DNA from: Terriglobales bacterium
GTDB taxonomy: Bacteria; Acidobacteriota; Terriglobia; Terriglobales; SCQP01
DNA length: 64,000 nucleotides
Direction of reading: 5' to 3'
NCBI GenBank assembly: GCA_035606395.1
Contig: DATNFK010000045.1
Location: forward strand, 26,670 to 90,669
Shown: piece after piece, positions 19,363 through 27,666 of the stretch
Position numbering within the stretch: the stretch's first letter is position 1
Layout of the letters: every line of letters begins with the position of its first letter
The notes under the pieces: generated by a model
What the model was told of the DNA's origin: nothing
What the model saw: only the letters and a program-made list of their open reading frames with translations
The model's database searches: none
Position numbers and translations under genes: made by a program

Positions 19363-20169
19363 CTAGAGCGTTTTCCGCGAGACAATCATGAAGCTGTTCG
19401 ACTTGTCGAGGACCTCTTCGGCGACGTGAAGAATTTGAAATCCCGCATAGCGCAGCACGTCGACCATCTCGCTCTGGGTCCAAACATGGTAGTGGATGAC
19501 ACCGTTCTTGACTCGGAATTCGAAATCATCTGGGGCTGCGCCCCATTCTCGGGTATACTGTTCAACTTCTTCTCGGGACAACTCATATTTTGCCCATCCG
19601 GCACGAATTTCCTCAATATGGGTCGGGTCAGGCTCGTCCCCCAAGCCGTTGAAGTCATCGATATGGTGGGCCAAATGCGTCTTCGCCCGGTATCGGTCGA
19701 AAGTTCGGTCTCCGTGGGGGAGAACGAGAAAGAGGACGCCCCCCTTTTTGAGGAGCCTTTTCCATTCGTAGAGCGTTTTTAAGGTATTTAGGCAGTGCTC
19801 AAGGCAGTGAGAGGAAAACACGAAGTCCGCGCTTTCATCGCCGAGAGGTATGCTCCACGCATCGGCCACAATATCGGCTTCGGGTGTTCCGTCTTTATTG
19901 TCGGTAAATTTGTCGATGTAAAGTGCATTGCGTCTGCTGCAGCAAGGGCTCTTGCCAGGGCCGACCTCCACACCCTTCCCTACACAGTAGTGATCGATTA
20001 ATAGTTGAAGTGGCAACGAGGGCGGTGAGGCGAATTTCCGCTTGACATTGCAGCGCGCCGTCCAAATTGCTGTACGCACCCGAGTTGGAAGAAGGGACCT
20101 AATTAAATACTTGCCGAGCCCGACCAATCGGCCGTTTCCACGGATATGCGTTGTCACATCGACTGACAA
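19363..20169 (-). CDS. Class I SAM-dependent methyltransferase (Methyltransf_11 type)
   Basis: Block ADFVFSSHCLEHCLNTLKTLYEWKRLLKKGGVLFLVLPH. Start is TTG 20169 or GTG 20157. Confidence 0.8.
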   Translation of the reverse strand: MSVDVTTHIRGNGRLVGLGKYLIRSLLPTRVRTAIWTARCNVKRKFASPPSLPLQLLIDHYCVGKGVEVGPGKSPCCSRRNALYIDKFTDNKDGTPEADIVADAWSIPLGDESADFVFSSHCLEHCLNTLKTLYEWKRLLKKGGVLFLVLPHGDRTFDRYRAKTHLAHHIDDFNGLGDEPDPTHIEEIRAGWAKYELSREEVEQYTREWGAAPDDFEFRVKNGVIHYHVWTQSEMVDVLRYAGFQILHVAEEVLDKSNSFMIVSRKTL

Positions 20170-20190
20170 GGTTTCTTAGCGCGAAGGAAT

Positions 20191-20210
20191 GCGATGCGAA
20201 GTTGGCGCAG
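20191..20210. repeat. 20-nt imperfect direct repeat, copy 1 (gcgatgcgaagttggcgcag)
   Basis: Matches 20531..20550 at 18 of 20 positions. The two copies lie in the wza-methyltransferase gap, copy 1 near its start-proximal end and copy 2 in its wza-proximal part. Confidence 0.5.
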
Positions 20211-20530
20211 TCGTCGCAAGGCAGAAATCGGACCAGTGTTCGGGATACGCTACATCAAAATTGGTTAGCGGGTTAGCTGGCTGCCTGGCGAGAGCGTTGC
20301 ATATGCCGGATTCGGAGACATGGAACACCGCACCGCCGCCTCGAAATGAGTCGGCTTCGGGGCGAACCGTAACGCGAGTCGCGACATTATCTAAGTGGAT
20401 TACGCGCATCATCATGCAGTTGCGGCCGCCGTGAGTAGGATCGAATGCAGCTGACCTTGTGACCCAGCCCAGCGCGACATCGTCACAGTGAAAGGGCCGA
20501 TGTGAGGCCTATATGGTCGCTGTGATGCTT

Positions 20531-20550
20531 GCGATGCAATGTTGGCGCAG
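20531..20550. repeat. 20-nt imperfect direct repeat, copy 2 (gcgatgcaatgttggcgcag)
   Basis: See copy 1; read directly from the sequence. Confidence 0.5.
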
Positions 20551-20742
20551 GAAGGCGAACCGCGGGTGCATAATCCCGCGCGGGCAGTAGCGCGCGACGG
20601 CCGTCGGGAACCTGACGCGTTGGCCGTCTATTTCCGGCTGACACCCGGGCCGAGGGCCACGGCTTCTCCAGTCGCGTACCCTGCGCGCTTTGATGTTTGG
20701 TGCGCTCTCGACGTAGACAGCAGTTCGGCTGCGCTAGGCGCA

Positions 20743-21747
20743 TTATCTAACGATCAGATACCCGAGACCGAAGATAACAGCGGTGCTGAAGCCTGTGGCG
20801 GCGGTCAGCGCAATCTGCCGTTTGGCATCGCCAGGTATATACAAAAGGTCATTGGCCTGCAGCACCAGGTCGGGCTTTTTGTGACTCATGATCGCCGGCA
20901 GATCAACGGGTATAACGGTGGGCGGCAAACCGCCTGGATCACGGCGGGTGATGGTTGCCTTACCAGCACCCGCGCCGCGATTCCAGTTTCCGACAAGCGC
21001 CAGGGCTTGGGTGATGTGCAACTGCTGGCCTGGCGTAAGGGGTATTGCACCAGGGTTTTTCACATCGCCTGAGATGTACACCCTACCGCCGGGCAGAACC
21101 TGAACGATATCCCCCGGCGCAAGCCGTGGATTGTACTGCTCGCCGCCATCGGCGAGGACTCTATCGAGTGGAAGATCGAGCGTTGTTCCGGGACGCCCGG
21201 CCGAATTAGGGGACCTCACCAAGACATTGGTGGCGGAGCCATCTGAGACGCCGCCAGCGGCAATGAGCGCGTCAAGTAGGTCAATCGGCTCAACCGCCTG
21301 CAGTACAGTTGCGTTGCGCACGCCGCCACTGATGACGATGGGCCGGCTTCGTACTTGCACGACTGTGACGGTAAGTTGAGGATCCACAAAAATCTGCCGC
21401 GACTTGAGTTGGGAAGAGAGCTCGGTTGCGATTTGGTCGGCAGTATCGCCTTGCGCGTGAATCAAGATGGGCGCGAAGGGGAGACGAATGCTGCCGTCGG
21501 GGGCGACCATTACGGTGCTGCTGAGCGACGGCATGTTGTATATCGTGACGGAAAGCACGTCGCCGGGCCCCACCTGGAAATCCGCCGGCGCCGCCGCTGT
21601 GGCGCTCGACGAACCAGCGGTCGAGTCGATCAAGGCGGCGGCGGAGGGCACGGACGGCGGCGGAAGAGCCGAGGCGCCCTGAGCCGCACCGGCAACTCCG
21701 AGGCTCAGCAGGAGGATCGCGGAAGTTAAAAAGCGGATGCAAGTCAT
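20743..21747 (-). CDS. wza: Polysaccharide export outer-membrane protein (Wza-like, Poly_export + SLBB)
   Basis: Signal peptide MTCIRFLTSAILLLSLGVAGAAQG and Poly_export motif FQVGPGDVLSVTIY. Confidence 0.85.
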   Translation of the reverse strand: MTCIRFLTSAILLLSLGVAGAAQGASALPPPSVPSAAALIDSTAGSSSATAAAPADFQVGPGDVLSVTIYNMPSLSSTVMVAPDGSIRLPFAPILIHAQGDTADQIATELSSQLKSRQIFVDPQLTVTVVQVRSRPIVISGGVRNATVLQAVEPIDLLDALIAAGGVSDGSATNVLVRSPNSAGRPGTTLDLPLDRVLADGGEQYNPRLAPGDIVQVLPGGRVYISGDVKNPGAIPLTPGQQLHITQALALVGNWNRGAGAGKATITRRDPGGLPPTVIPVDLPAIMSHKKPDLVLQANDLLYIPGDAKRQIALTAATGFSTAVIFGLGYLIVR

Positions 21748-21768
21748 GTTTTTTACCAGCTTTGGGCG

Positions 21769-23928
21769 CTATCTGCCGGCGGCAGCGCGCGAGGCTGAGC
21801 CGCCTTCGTTTCCGCCTTCGCGCTGGTAATAGCGTTGGTAGTAGTCACGATGGTAGTAGTAGTAACGATGGCTCATTTCGGGGCTAAAGGCGTTGAGCAC
21901 GATTCCCGCGATAGGCGCCCGGACGTGATGCAGTTGTTGTACCGCAGCACGCACAAGGTCGCGCTGGGTCTGGCCTGCGCGGGCAACCAGGATCATGCCG
22001 TCCACAGCGGTCGAAGCACTGAGTGCGTCGGCGAAACCGAGCATAGGCGGTGTATCCACGAGCACGATGTCAAAGCGTGACTTGAGGTCTTCAATGAGGC
22101 GCGCCAATCCGCCGCGGCTCAGCAACTCCCCCGGCGCCGGCACCGACGGCCCCGCGGTGAGCACGGTGAGCAATGGGAGTGGGCCGGGTTGGCAGCAATC
22201 CGCGACATCAGCCTCCCCTTGTAGCACTGTGGCAAGACCGACGCGATTCGAGAGTTCAAGCATGCGATGAACTTCCGGGCGGCGGATGTCGGCGTCGATC
22301 AGGATGGTGCGACGCCCCAGGGTGGCAAAGGCGCAGGCTAGATTCATCGTGACCGTACTCTTTCCCTCCCGTGGCTGGGCGCTAGTCACGGCATAGGAGG
22401 TGCGACCGGGGGCGCTCAACTCAAGCGTGGAGCGAAGCCCGAGGATCGCCTCTGCAAAATGGGACCTGCGTGCAAGTGAGTTGGGCTGGGGCCGGGACAA
22501 TAATGAGAAAAGTTCGGCAGATGCACGGACGGCAGGCAATGACGCCAGGACCGTCGCGCCGACTAAAGATGAAGCGGTTTCGGGATCGCGCAGGGTACGG
22601 TCGAAACTGCCGGACACGATGGCAGTTGCCATCCCCAGAAGCAGCGAAATCAGGGCCGTGAATAGGATTGTTAGGCCGACTTCAGGGTACACCGGCTTCC
22701 GGTCGGGGACCCCGCTTTCTACGATGCGCAAGGCATTGGAGTGGAAGCCCGCATCGATGTCGGCGGCATTTACTCGCTGCAGCAGATCATCATAGATGGT
22801 CTTGTCGGAATCGGCTTCGTGTCTAAGAATATCGAACTGCACCGCCCGGCTATTGAAATTGTTGAGCTGGGAGGTTGCTTCTTCGAGCTGTTCTTGGGTG
22901 AGTTTGACCCGCAGGTTCGTGGCTCCGGCCTCTGCGCTTATTTGGGCCGCGACATGAGCTTTTTGGGCGTCTAAAGAGGCCTTTAATGCAGTCAAGTTTC
23001 GCTGCGCCTGCTGATAGACAAAGTTGCCCGGGCCGAGATTGGAGGAAAGATTGTCGATCTGGATCTCCTGCTGTTGCACCGCTTGGATCAGCGTGGCAAG
23101 GGTCTGGCCACGGTCCGAGACGAGCAGATCATCCAAGCTGCCACTTTTGACAAGCGAAAGATCGGCCGCAAGCGAGCGCTGCCGCGTAAGCTCTTGCTGA
23201 AGGCTAGTCTGGAGGGCCGTGATGACAGCGTTCAGGTTGGTGGACGAGTTGTTCGAATCCACGATGCCGTTGGCGCGCTCGTAATCATTGAGCGCCTGCT
23301 GGCTTTTTTCCATGCGAGCACGCAGTTCGTCGGTCTGCCTGCGCATGTAGGCGGTAAGGTCGAGAAGGGCCGCCGAGCGGGTGTTGTACTCGTGCCTGAT
23401 GAACTCTTCGGCAAGGGAGTTGGCAACTTCGGCGGCCCGATCAGGCGAGGTCTCGCGATCATTGATTTGGAGGAGGAGCGTGCCCAAAGGTTGGTGTACT
23501 GTGACCAAGCCGAGCTTCTGCAACCCAAGTTTGCGCTTTACCGGCGTCATGACGGCGGGGCTAGTGATTTCGCTCAGATCAGTTGCGAGCATCGCCGCCA
23601 TTGCGGTGGCTTCGTTGGTGGAGTTCTGACCCCCGATCGTGGCTTCCGGCGTAGTTGGATCGAGGCGAATTACCGCTGTTGCCGCGTATTGCTTAGGCAT
23701 CCGTGCAACAAGGATCGCAGCAGTGACGGTAGCCACTGCCACGAAGATAGCCACTTTACCAGCATGGCGCCGAATCTGGAGCCAATACTGCAATATAGAA
23801 AAATCAGGGCCAAGCGTAGTAGGACTGCCCTGGAACCGCTCTCCACGCGCGGCGAGCGGAAGTCCAACCGGGCCGGACAGAGGAGCATCGGACTGAGCGG
23901 CGGGAATGATTTGTGATTCGGGCGGCAT
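21769..23928 (-). CDS. wzc: Polysaccharide co-polymerase / BY tyrosine autokinase (Wzc/GumC-like)
   Basis: Wzz-type N-terminal domain plus kinase Walker A PREGKSTV, A' ILIDADIRRP and B IVLVDTPP. C-terminal Tyr cluster YYYYHRDYYQRYYQ. Confidence 0.9.
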   Translation of the reverse strand: MPPESQIIPAAQSDAPLSGPVGLPLAARGERFQGSPTTLGPDFSILQYWLQIRRHAGKVAIFVAVATVTAAILVARMPKQYAATAVIRLDPTTPEATIGGQNSTNEATAMAAMLATDLSEITSPAVMTPVKRKLGLQKLGLVTVHQPLGTLLLQINDRETSPDRAAEVANSLAEEFIRHEYNTRSAALLDLTAYMRRQTDELRARMEKSQQALNDYERANGIVDSNNSSTNLNAVITALQTSLQQELTRQRSLAADLSLVKSGSLDDLLVSDRGQTLATLIQAVQQQEIQIDNLSSNLGPGNFVYQQAQRNLTALKASLDAQKAHVAAQISAEAGATNLRVKLTQEQLEEATSQLNNFNSRAVQFDILRHEADSDKTIYDDLLQRVNAADIDAGFHSNALRIVESGVPDRKPVYPEVGLTILFTALISLLLGMATAIVSGSFDRTLRDPETASSLVGATVLASLPAVRASAELFSLLSRPQPNSLARRSHFAEAILGLRSTLELSAPGRTSYAVTSAQPREGKSTVTMNLACAFATLGRRTILIDADIRRPEVHRMLELSNRVGLATVLQGEADVADCCQPGPLPLLTVLTAGPSVPAPGELLSRGGLARLIEDLKSRFDIVLVDTPPMLGFADALSASTAVDGMILVARAGQTQRDLVRAAVQQLHHVRAPIAGIVLNAFSPEMSHRYYYYHRDYYQRYYQREGGNEGGSASRAAAGR

Positions 23929-23938
23929 CTGAATGAGA

Positions 23939-25192
23939 TTATAGGCGCGAAGTGTGAAGCGGGTGCGCTGTAGTCATGGCGGCTAGGAGCGCTGTGAGCA
24001 GCAGCAGCGCCGGAATATGGAAGATAAAATCCATGCTCGCATGGAGAGCGTAACCGGAGAGCGCCAGTATGCTTGCGATCGAAATCTGAGGGTATGCGTG
24101 AATTCCGCCATATGCGGCGTAGGCGAGAGCCAGACCAAGCAGACTCAGCAATGTAATTCCGGCCATACCCGCTTCGGCAAACAACTGGGCATATTCGCAG
24201 TGGGCGTACTCCGGATCGGAGCCGTCGTCGAACAGTGCGTAACGGGGATAAACCGCGTCCCAAGTGCCCAGCCCCCAGCCCCATGTTGGCCGCGCCTCGC
24301 CCATCGCGATGCTGGAGCGAACGGTATTCATACGCATGGTGTCATGCAGGCCGTTGGGCGAAAGCCGTGCCAGCATGTAGCGGTAACTGCCGGCATAGAG
24401 CACGGCTGCCACCAGCAATGCCATTACCGATACGATTGCCATCGTAACGTTGCGGTGGCGGATTCCCTCCCACACAGCGAAGGCAATAATCTCACCTCCG
24501 GCAGCGATCACACCGCCGCGCGACAGGCTCAACACGGTGGCGGCCAACATGAGCACCGCGCATAACGCCCAAAATACCGCGCTGGAATTCCGCCGGCGGT
24601 CGAGGGCGAGCACCAGCGCGAACGGCAGCAGCAGCCCCATGCAGGCCGCGAAATGATCGCGATCCACAAAAGTGCCCATCGGCGTTGCCGTGGTTACCTC
24701 GATCAGTCCGAGGATGCGGGTGGGCGTGAGGAAAAGCTGGAGAATTGCTTCGAAGGCGAGTAGGCCGCCGGCGGCGGCGAGACTAGCGCCGGTGCGACCG
24801 AGCCAGGCGGAGGCGCGGTCCGGCGTGCTTGCGATGCTGCGGCGCATCGCCACGAACGCGGCGGCGGCAGCGGCGCCGGCCAGCCAGGTGGACGCAGTTA
24901 CCGCGCTATCGGTGGTGCGGTGCAGAAAGAGCTGGGCCAGCGGCAGCATCAACACCAGTAAGACCGCGCCGTCCAGCCAATCGAAGCGGCCGGGGAAGAA
25001 AAGTGCGAATCCGGCCATGACGAAGAGCGCCGCGTATACCGGCAGATACCACTGCCACTGAACGCCGCCAAAGGCAAGCACGAGCAGAATGATCAGGGCA
25101 ATTGTAGCGCTGGCGACGACGAAGGCATAGCGCGGAGCGCGCACCGGTCCCGCGACGGGCATCATTGTTCGAATTCGTGCAGCGGATTCCAT
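23939..25192 (-). CDS. O-antigen ligase/polymerase family membrane protein (Wzy_C type)
   Basis: Polytopic protein with the SLSRGGVIAAGGEII loop region. Start set to ATG 25192 (MESAARI), because the upstream part of the track ORF is an alternate-frame read of an epimerase remnant. Confidence 0.75.
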   Translation of the reverse strand: MESAARIRTMMPVAGPVRAPRYAFVVASATIALIILLVLAFGGVQWQWYLPVYAALFVMAGFALFFPGRFDWLDGAVLLVLMLPLAQLFLHRTTDSAVTASTWLAGAAAAAAFVAMRRSIASTPDRASAWLGRTGASLAAAGGLLAFEAILQLFLTPTRILGLIEVTTATPMGTFVDRDHFAACMGLLLPFALVLALDRRRNSSAVFWALCAVLMLAATVLSLSRGGVIAAGGEIIAFAVWEGIRHRNVTMAIVSVMALLVAAVLYAGSYRYMLARLSPNGLHDTMRMNTVRSSIAMGEARPTWGWGLGTWDAVYPRYALFDDGSDPEYAHCEYAQLFAEAGMAGITLLSLLGLALAYAAYGGIHAYPQISIASILALSGYALHASMDFIFHIPALLLLTALLAAMTTAHPLHTSRL

Positions 25193-25208
25193 TGTGAATT
25201 GAAGCCTC

Positions 25209-25382
25209 TCAACTCCCGGCGAGCGCCGGCCGATGCGCTTGCAGCGTCCGCTGCAAACCGCTGTACAGGCCCACCACCGGCCCGTACCTGAGGTCGCGCT
25301 TTGCCGCGGCGATGTCGGCAAGTGAGTGCTGGATGTCCACGGCGTCGCTCGGGCGCGAAGCGGCACCGGCCTCAAGCGCCAG
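25209..25382 (-). pseudogene. 3'-terminal remnant of an NAD-dependent sugar epimerase gene
   Basis: 57 codons ending in a stop read DIQHSLADIAAAKRDLRYGPVVGLYSGLQRT. The intact epimerase at 26704..27666 ends with DIKHSLADITAAKRDLGYTPAVDLRSGLRRT. No N-terminal part is present. Confidence 0.6.
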
Positions 25383-25598
25383 CCTGATCACTCCTTTCGA
25401 GTGACGCACAAACTGGTGGAAACGATTGAGGCTGAAAGTCGAGGGCGAAAATGTGCAAGAAAACCAAAGCAAAGGCGAAAAAAGTAGCATTACGGCAGGT
25501 CGGGAAGGTAGCAGGCGCGGGCCCTTGCCGTGGAATGCTGACAAGCCGGATTGATCTGGCCGAGGGCACATTGTGAAATATGTCCGGCCGGAGAATCG

Positions 25599-26702
25599 TC
25601 AGGCGTGGGCAGCAGCCCGCATGACGTCCCGGCCGCGAAGCCGCTTTCGTAGGCCAAAGAGCGGTTTCTCTATTAGAAAGTAAGAGCCGAAAGCTGCGGC
25701 GACCGCAAGGAAAATATTTTGCGGAAACGCTGCGATCAAAGCTGCCGAATGGCGATCGAGGAATGGCTGCTGCCATACGTAAAGCGAATATGAGAGCACG
25801 CCCACAAACATGACTGGGCGAAGGTTTAGGATTCGACCGATTCTGTCATCGGGCTGATAGACGCAGCGATGAATCAGGATTGCCAATCCTAGGCTGACAC
25901 AGGACGCTGCGGCGGATGCAACGACAGTGTGCCCAGACTCAATATGGTAAAGGAGCAATACTATTACGAGTGTTGCCGCCGCAGGGGCGGGTCGAAATAA
26001 TGCGAGATATGCCCGATACCGCTCAAGCCGCGTTCTGAGCAATGCCAGAAGGCATCCGGCGGCGATTGAGTCCGCCACCATTGGGAACATTGGCAAATCG
26101 AGATACTGCGTGCCGGCAAGAAGCCTGCCCCCAAGAATGCGGGCAAAAAATGCCGCAGCGAATAGTGCAGTTGCGCAGCCGGCTGCGCGCCTCGTACCAC
26201 AGATTGCGAAGCAAAGCGGCCAAAGAAGGTAAAATTGCTCTTCCACCGAAAGTGACCACAGATGGCCGAGAGCCCAGGTACGGCCAGGAAAGCAGTTCAC
26301 GACATAAGCGACCGCATGCCAGATATCGGACACCGGAACTGTGATCACGCCTGCTAGAGCGAAAATAGTCAAAATTGAAATATAGGCGTAATTAGGAGGC
26401 AGAATACGAACCGCGCGGCGGGCGTAAAATCGCTTGATCGAAATTTTTCCGTGAAGATTGGATTCCGCGATTAACAATGAGGTGATCAGAAAGCCGGAAA
26501 TTACGAAAAAAATCTCCACACCAAGATGTGAGTACTCCAAGCCAAAGTGAAAACTGCCAATTCTCACCTCAGGCGTGCCGAAATTGCGTGTGCCGACGAG
26601 GTGGCCGAAGAAAACCAATGCAATGGACAACGCCCTAAGGCCATCGAGGGACGGTAGTCGTGAATGGTCGTTCGCGTTGCCGATTGTTACAGCCGTGGAC
26701 AC
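25599..26702 (-). CDS. Acyltransferase family 3 (OafA/OatA-like O-acyltransferase)
   Basis: Motif LPSLDGLRALSIALVFFGH and multiple TM spans. GTG 26702 lies 1 nt after the epimerase stop; the longer track ORF overlaps the epimerase. Confidence 0.8.
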   Translation of the reverse strand: MSTAVTIGNANDHSRLPSLDGLRALSIALVFFGHLVGTRNFGTPEVRIGSFHFGLEYSHLGVEIFFVISGFLITSLLIAESNLHGKISIKRFYARRAVRILPPNYAYISILTIFALAGVITVPVSDIWHAVAYVVNCFPGRTWALGHLWSLSVEEQFYLLWPLCFAICGTRRAAGCATALFAAAFFARILGGRLLAGTQYLDLPMFPMVADSIAAGCLLALLRTRLERYRAYLALFRPAPAAATLVIVLLLYHIESGHTVVASAAASCVSLGLAILIHRCVYQPDDRIGRILNLRPVMFVGVLSYSLYVWQQPFLDRHSAALIAAFPQNIFLAVAAAFGSYFLIEKPLFGLRKRLRGRDVMRAAAHA

Positions 26703-26703
26703 G

Positions 26704-27666
26704 TTACGCGGTTTGAACCAGTTTGCGGCTGTACGAGGCGAATGTCCGCCGCAGGCCGCTGCGCAGATCCACCGCTGGCGTGTAGCCGAGATCGCGCTTT
26801 GCGGCGGTGATGTCGGCAAGCGAATGCTTGATGTCTCCGGCGCGCTCGGGCGCGAGGCGGGGCTTGGCGGTGCAGCCGGCCGCCTCGGCCAATGCCGCAT
26901 GGAGTTCCATCAGGCTGGTGCGCTCCCCGCAGGCGACGTTATACATCCGGCCGGGCGCCGGCGCGGCGTCGCGGGCCAGAAGGTTTGCCTGCACGGCATT
27001 CGCTATATAAGTGAAATCGCGGGTGGTTTCGCCGTCGCCGTGGATGGTGCAGGTGTCGCCGGCGAGAAGCTGGGTGCAAAAGCGCGCGATGACACCCGAG
27101 TACTGCGAGTTCGGATCCTGGCGCGGGCCAAAGATATTGAAATAGCGGAGCGTTACCGTCTCGAGGCCGTAAGCATGGAAATACGCGGCGCAGTAATGCT
27201 CACCCGCCAATTTGGCAACGGCATAGGGTGAGCGGGGCGCGGGCGCCATGGTCTCCACCTTGGGCAGCACTTCGGTGTTGCCATACGCGGATGAGGACCC
27301 GGCGTAGATGACGCGCCGCACCGCCGCCGCGCGCGCGGCTTGCAGGACGTTCAATGTACCGGTGGCGCACACCGCATGGGTGGTCTCGGGATCGGCAATG
27401 GAGCGGGGAACCGAGGGCAGCGCCGCTTCGTGAAAAACGTAGTCCACGCCGGCACAGGCGCGGCGGCAGGTTTCCGGCTCGCGGATGTCGCCTTCGATCA
27501 ACTCGGCGGCTTCCAGACCGCGCAGGTTGCGGCGGTGTCCGGTGGAGAAGTTGTCGAGCACGCGCACCTGCTCGCCGCGCGCCAATAGCGCTTCGACCAG
27601 GTGCGAGCCGATGAATCCGGCGCCGCCGGTGACTAAATTGACGATCTCGGAGTTCTTTTTAGGCAT
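26704..27666 (-). CDS. NAD-dependent nucleotide-sugar 4-epimerase (WbpP/TviC-like)
   Basis: VTGGAGFIGSH and the YxxxK region YAVAKLAGE. ATG 27666 overlaps the upstream stop (TAATG). The 156-codon N-terminal extension in the track is rejected. Confidence 0.85.
   Translation of the reverse strand: MPKKNSEIVNLVTGGAGFIGSHLVEALLARGEQVRVLDNFSTGHRRNLRGLEAAELIEGDIREPETCRRACAGVDYVFHEAALPSVPRSIADPETTHAVCATGTLNVLQAARAAAVRRVIYAGSSSAYGNTEVLPKVETMAPAPRSPYAVAKLAGEHYCAAYFHAYGLETVTLRYFNIFGPRQDPNSQYSGVIARFCTQLLAGDTCTIHGDGETTRDFTYIANAVQANLLARDAAPAPGRMYNVACGERTSLMELHAALAEAAGCTAKPRLAPERAGDIKHSLADITAAKRDLGYTPAVDLRSGLRRTFASYSRKLVQTA

Noticed and set aside
20176-20415. 79-aa minus-strand ORF just upstream of the methyltransferase
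   Set aside because: No recognisable family, no convincing start context, and it lies in a gap that otherwise looks non-coding. It is kept only as a note in the gap finding.
25193-25375. Similar-looking N-termini of track ORFs 23939..25375 and 25599..26900 (…LPTSP.QSA.S.T…) as a possible shared leader or domain
   Set aside because: Both are out-of-frame translations of the two copies of the epimerase 3' end. The real starts are ATG 25192 and GTG 26702.
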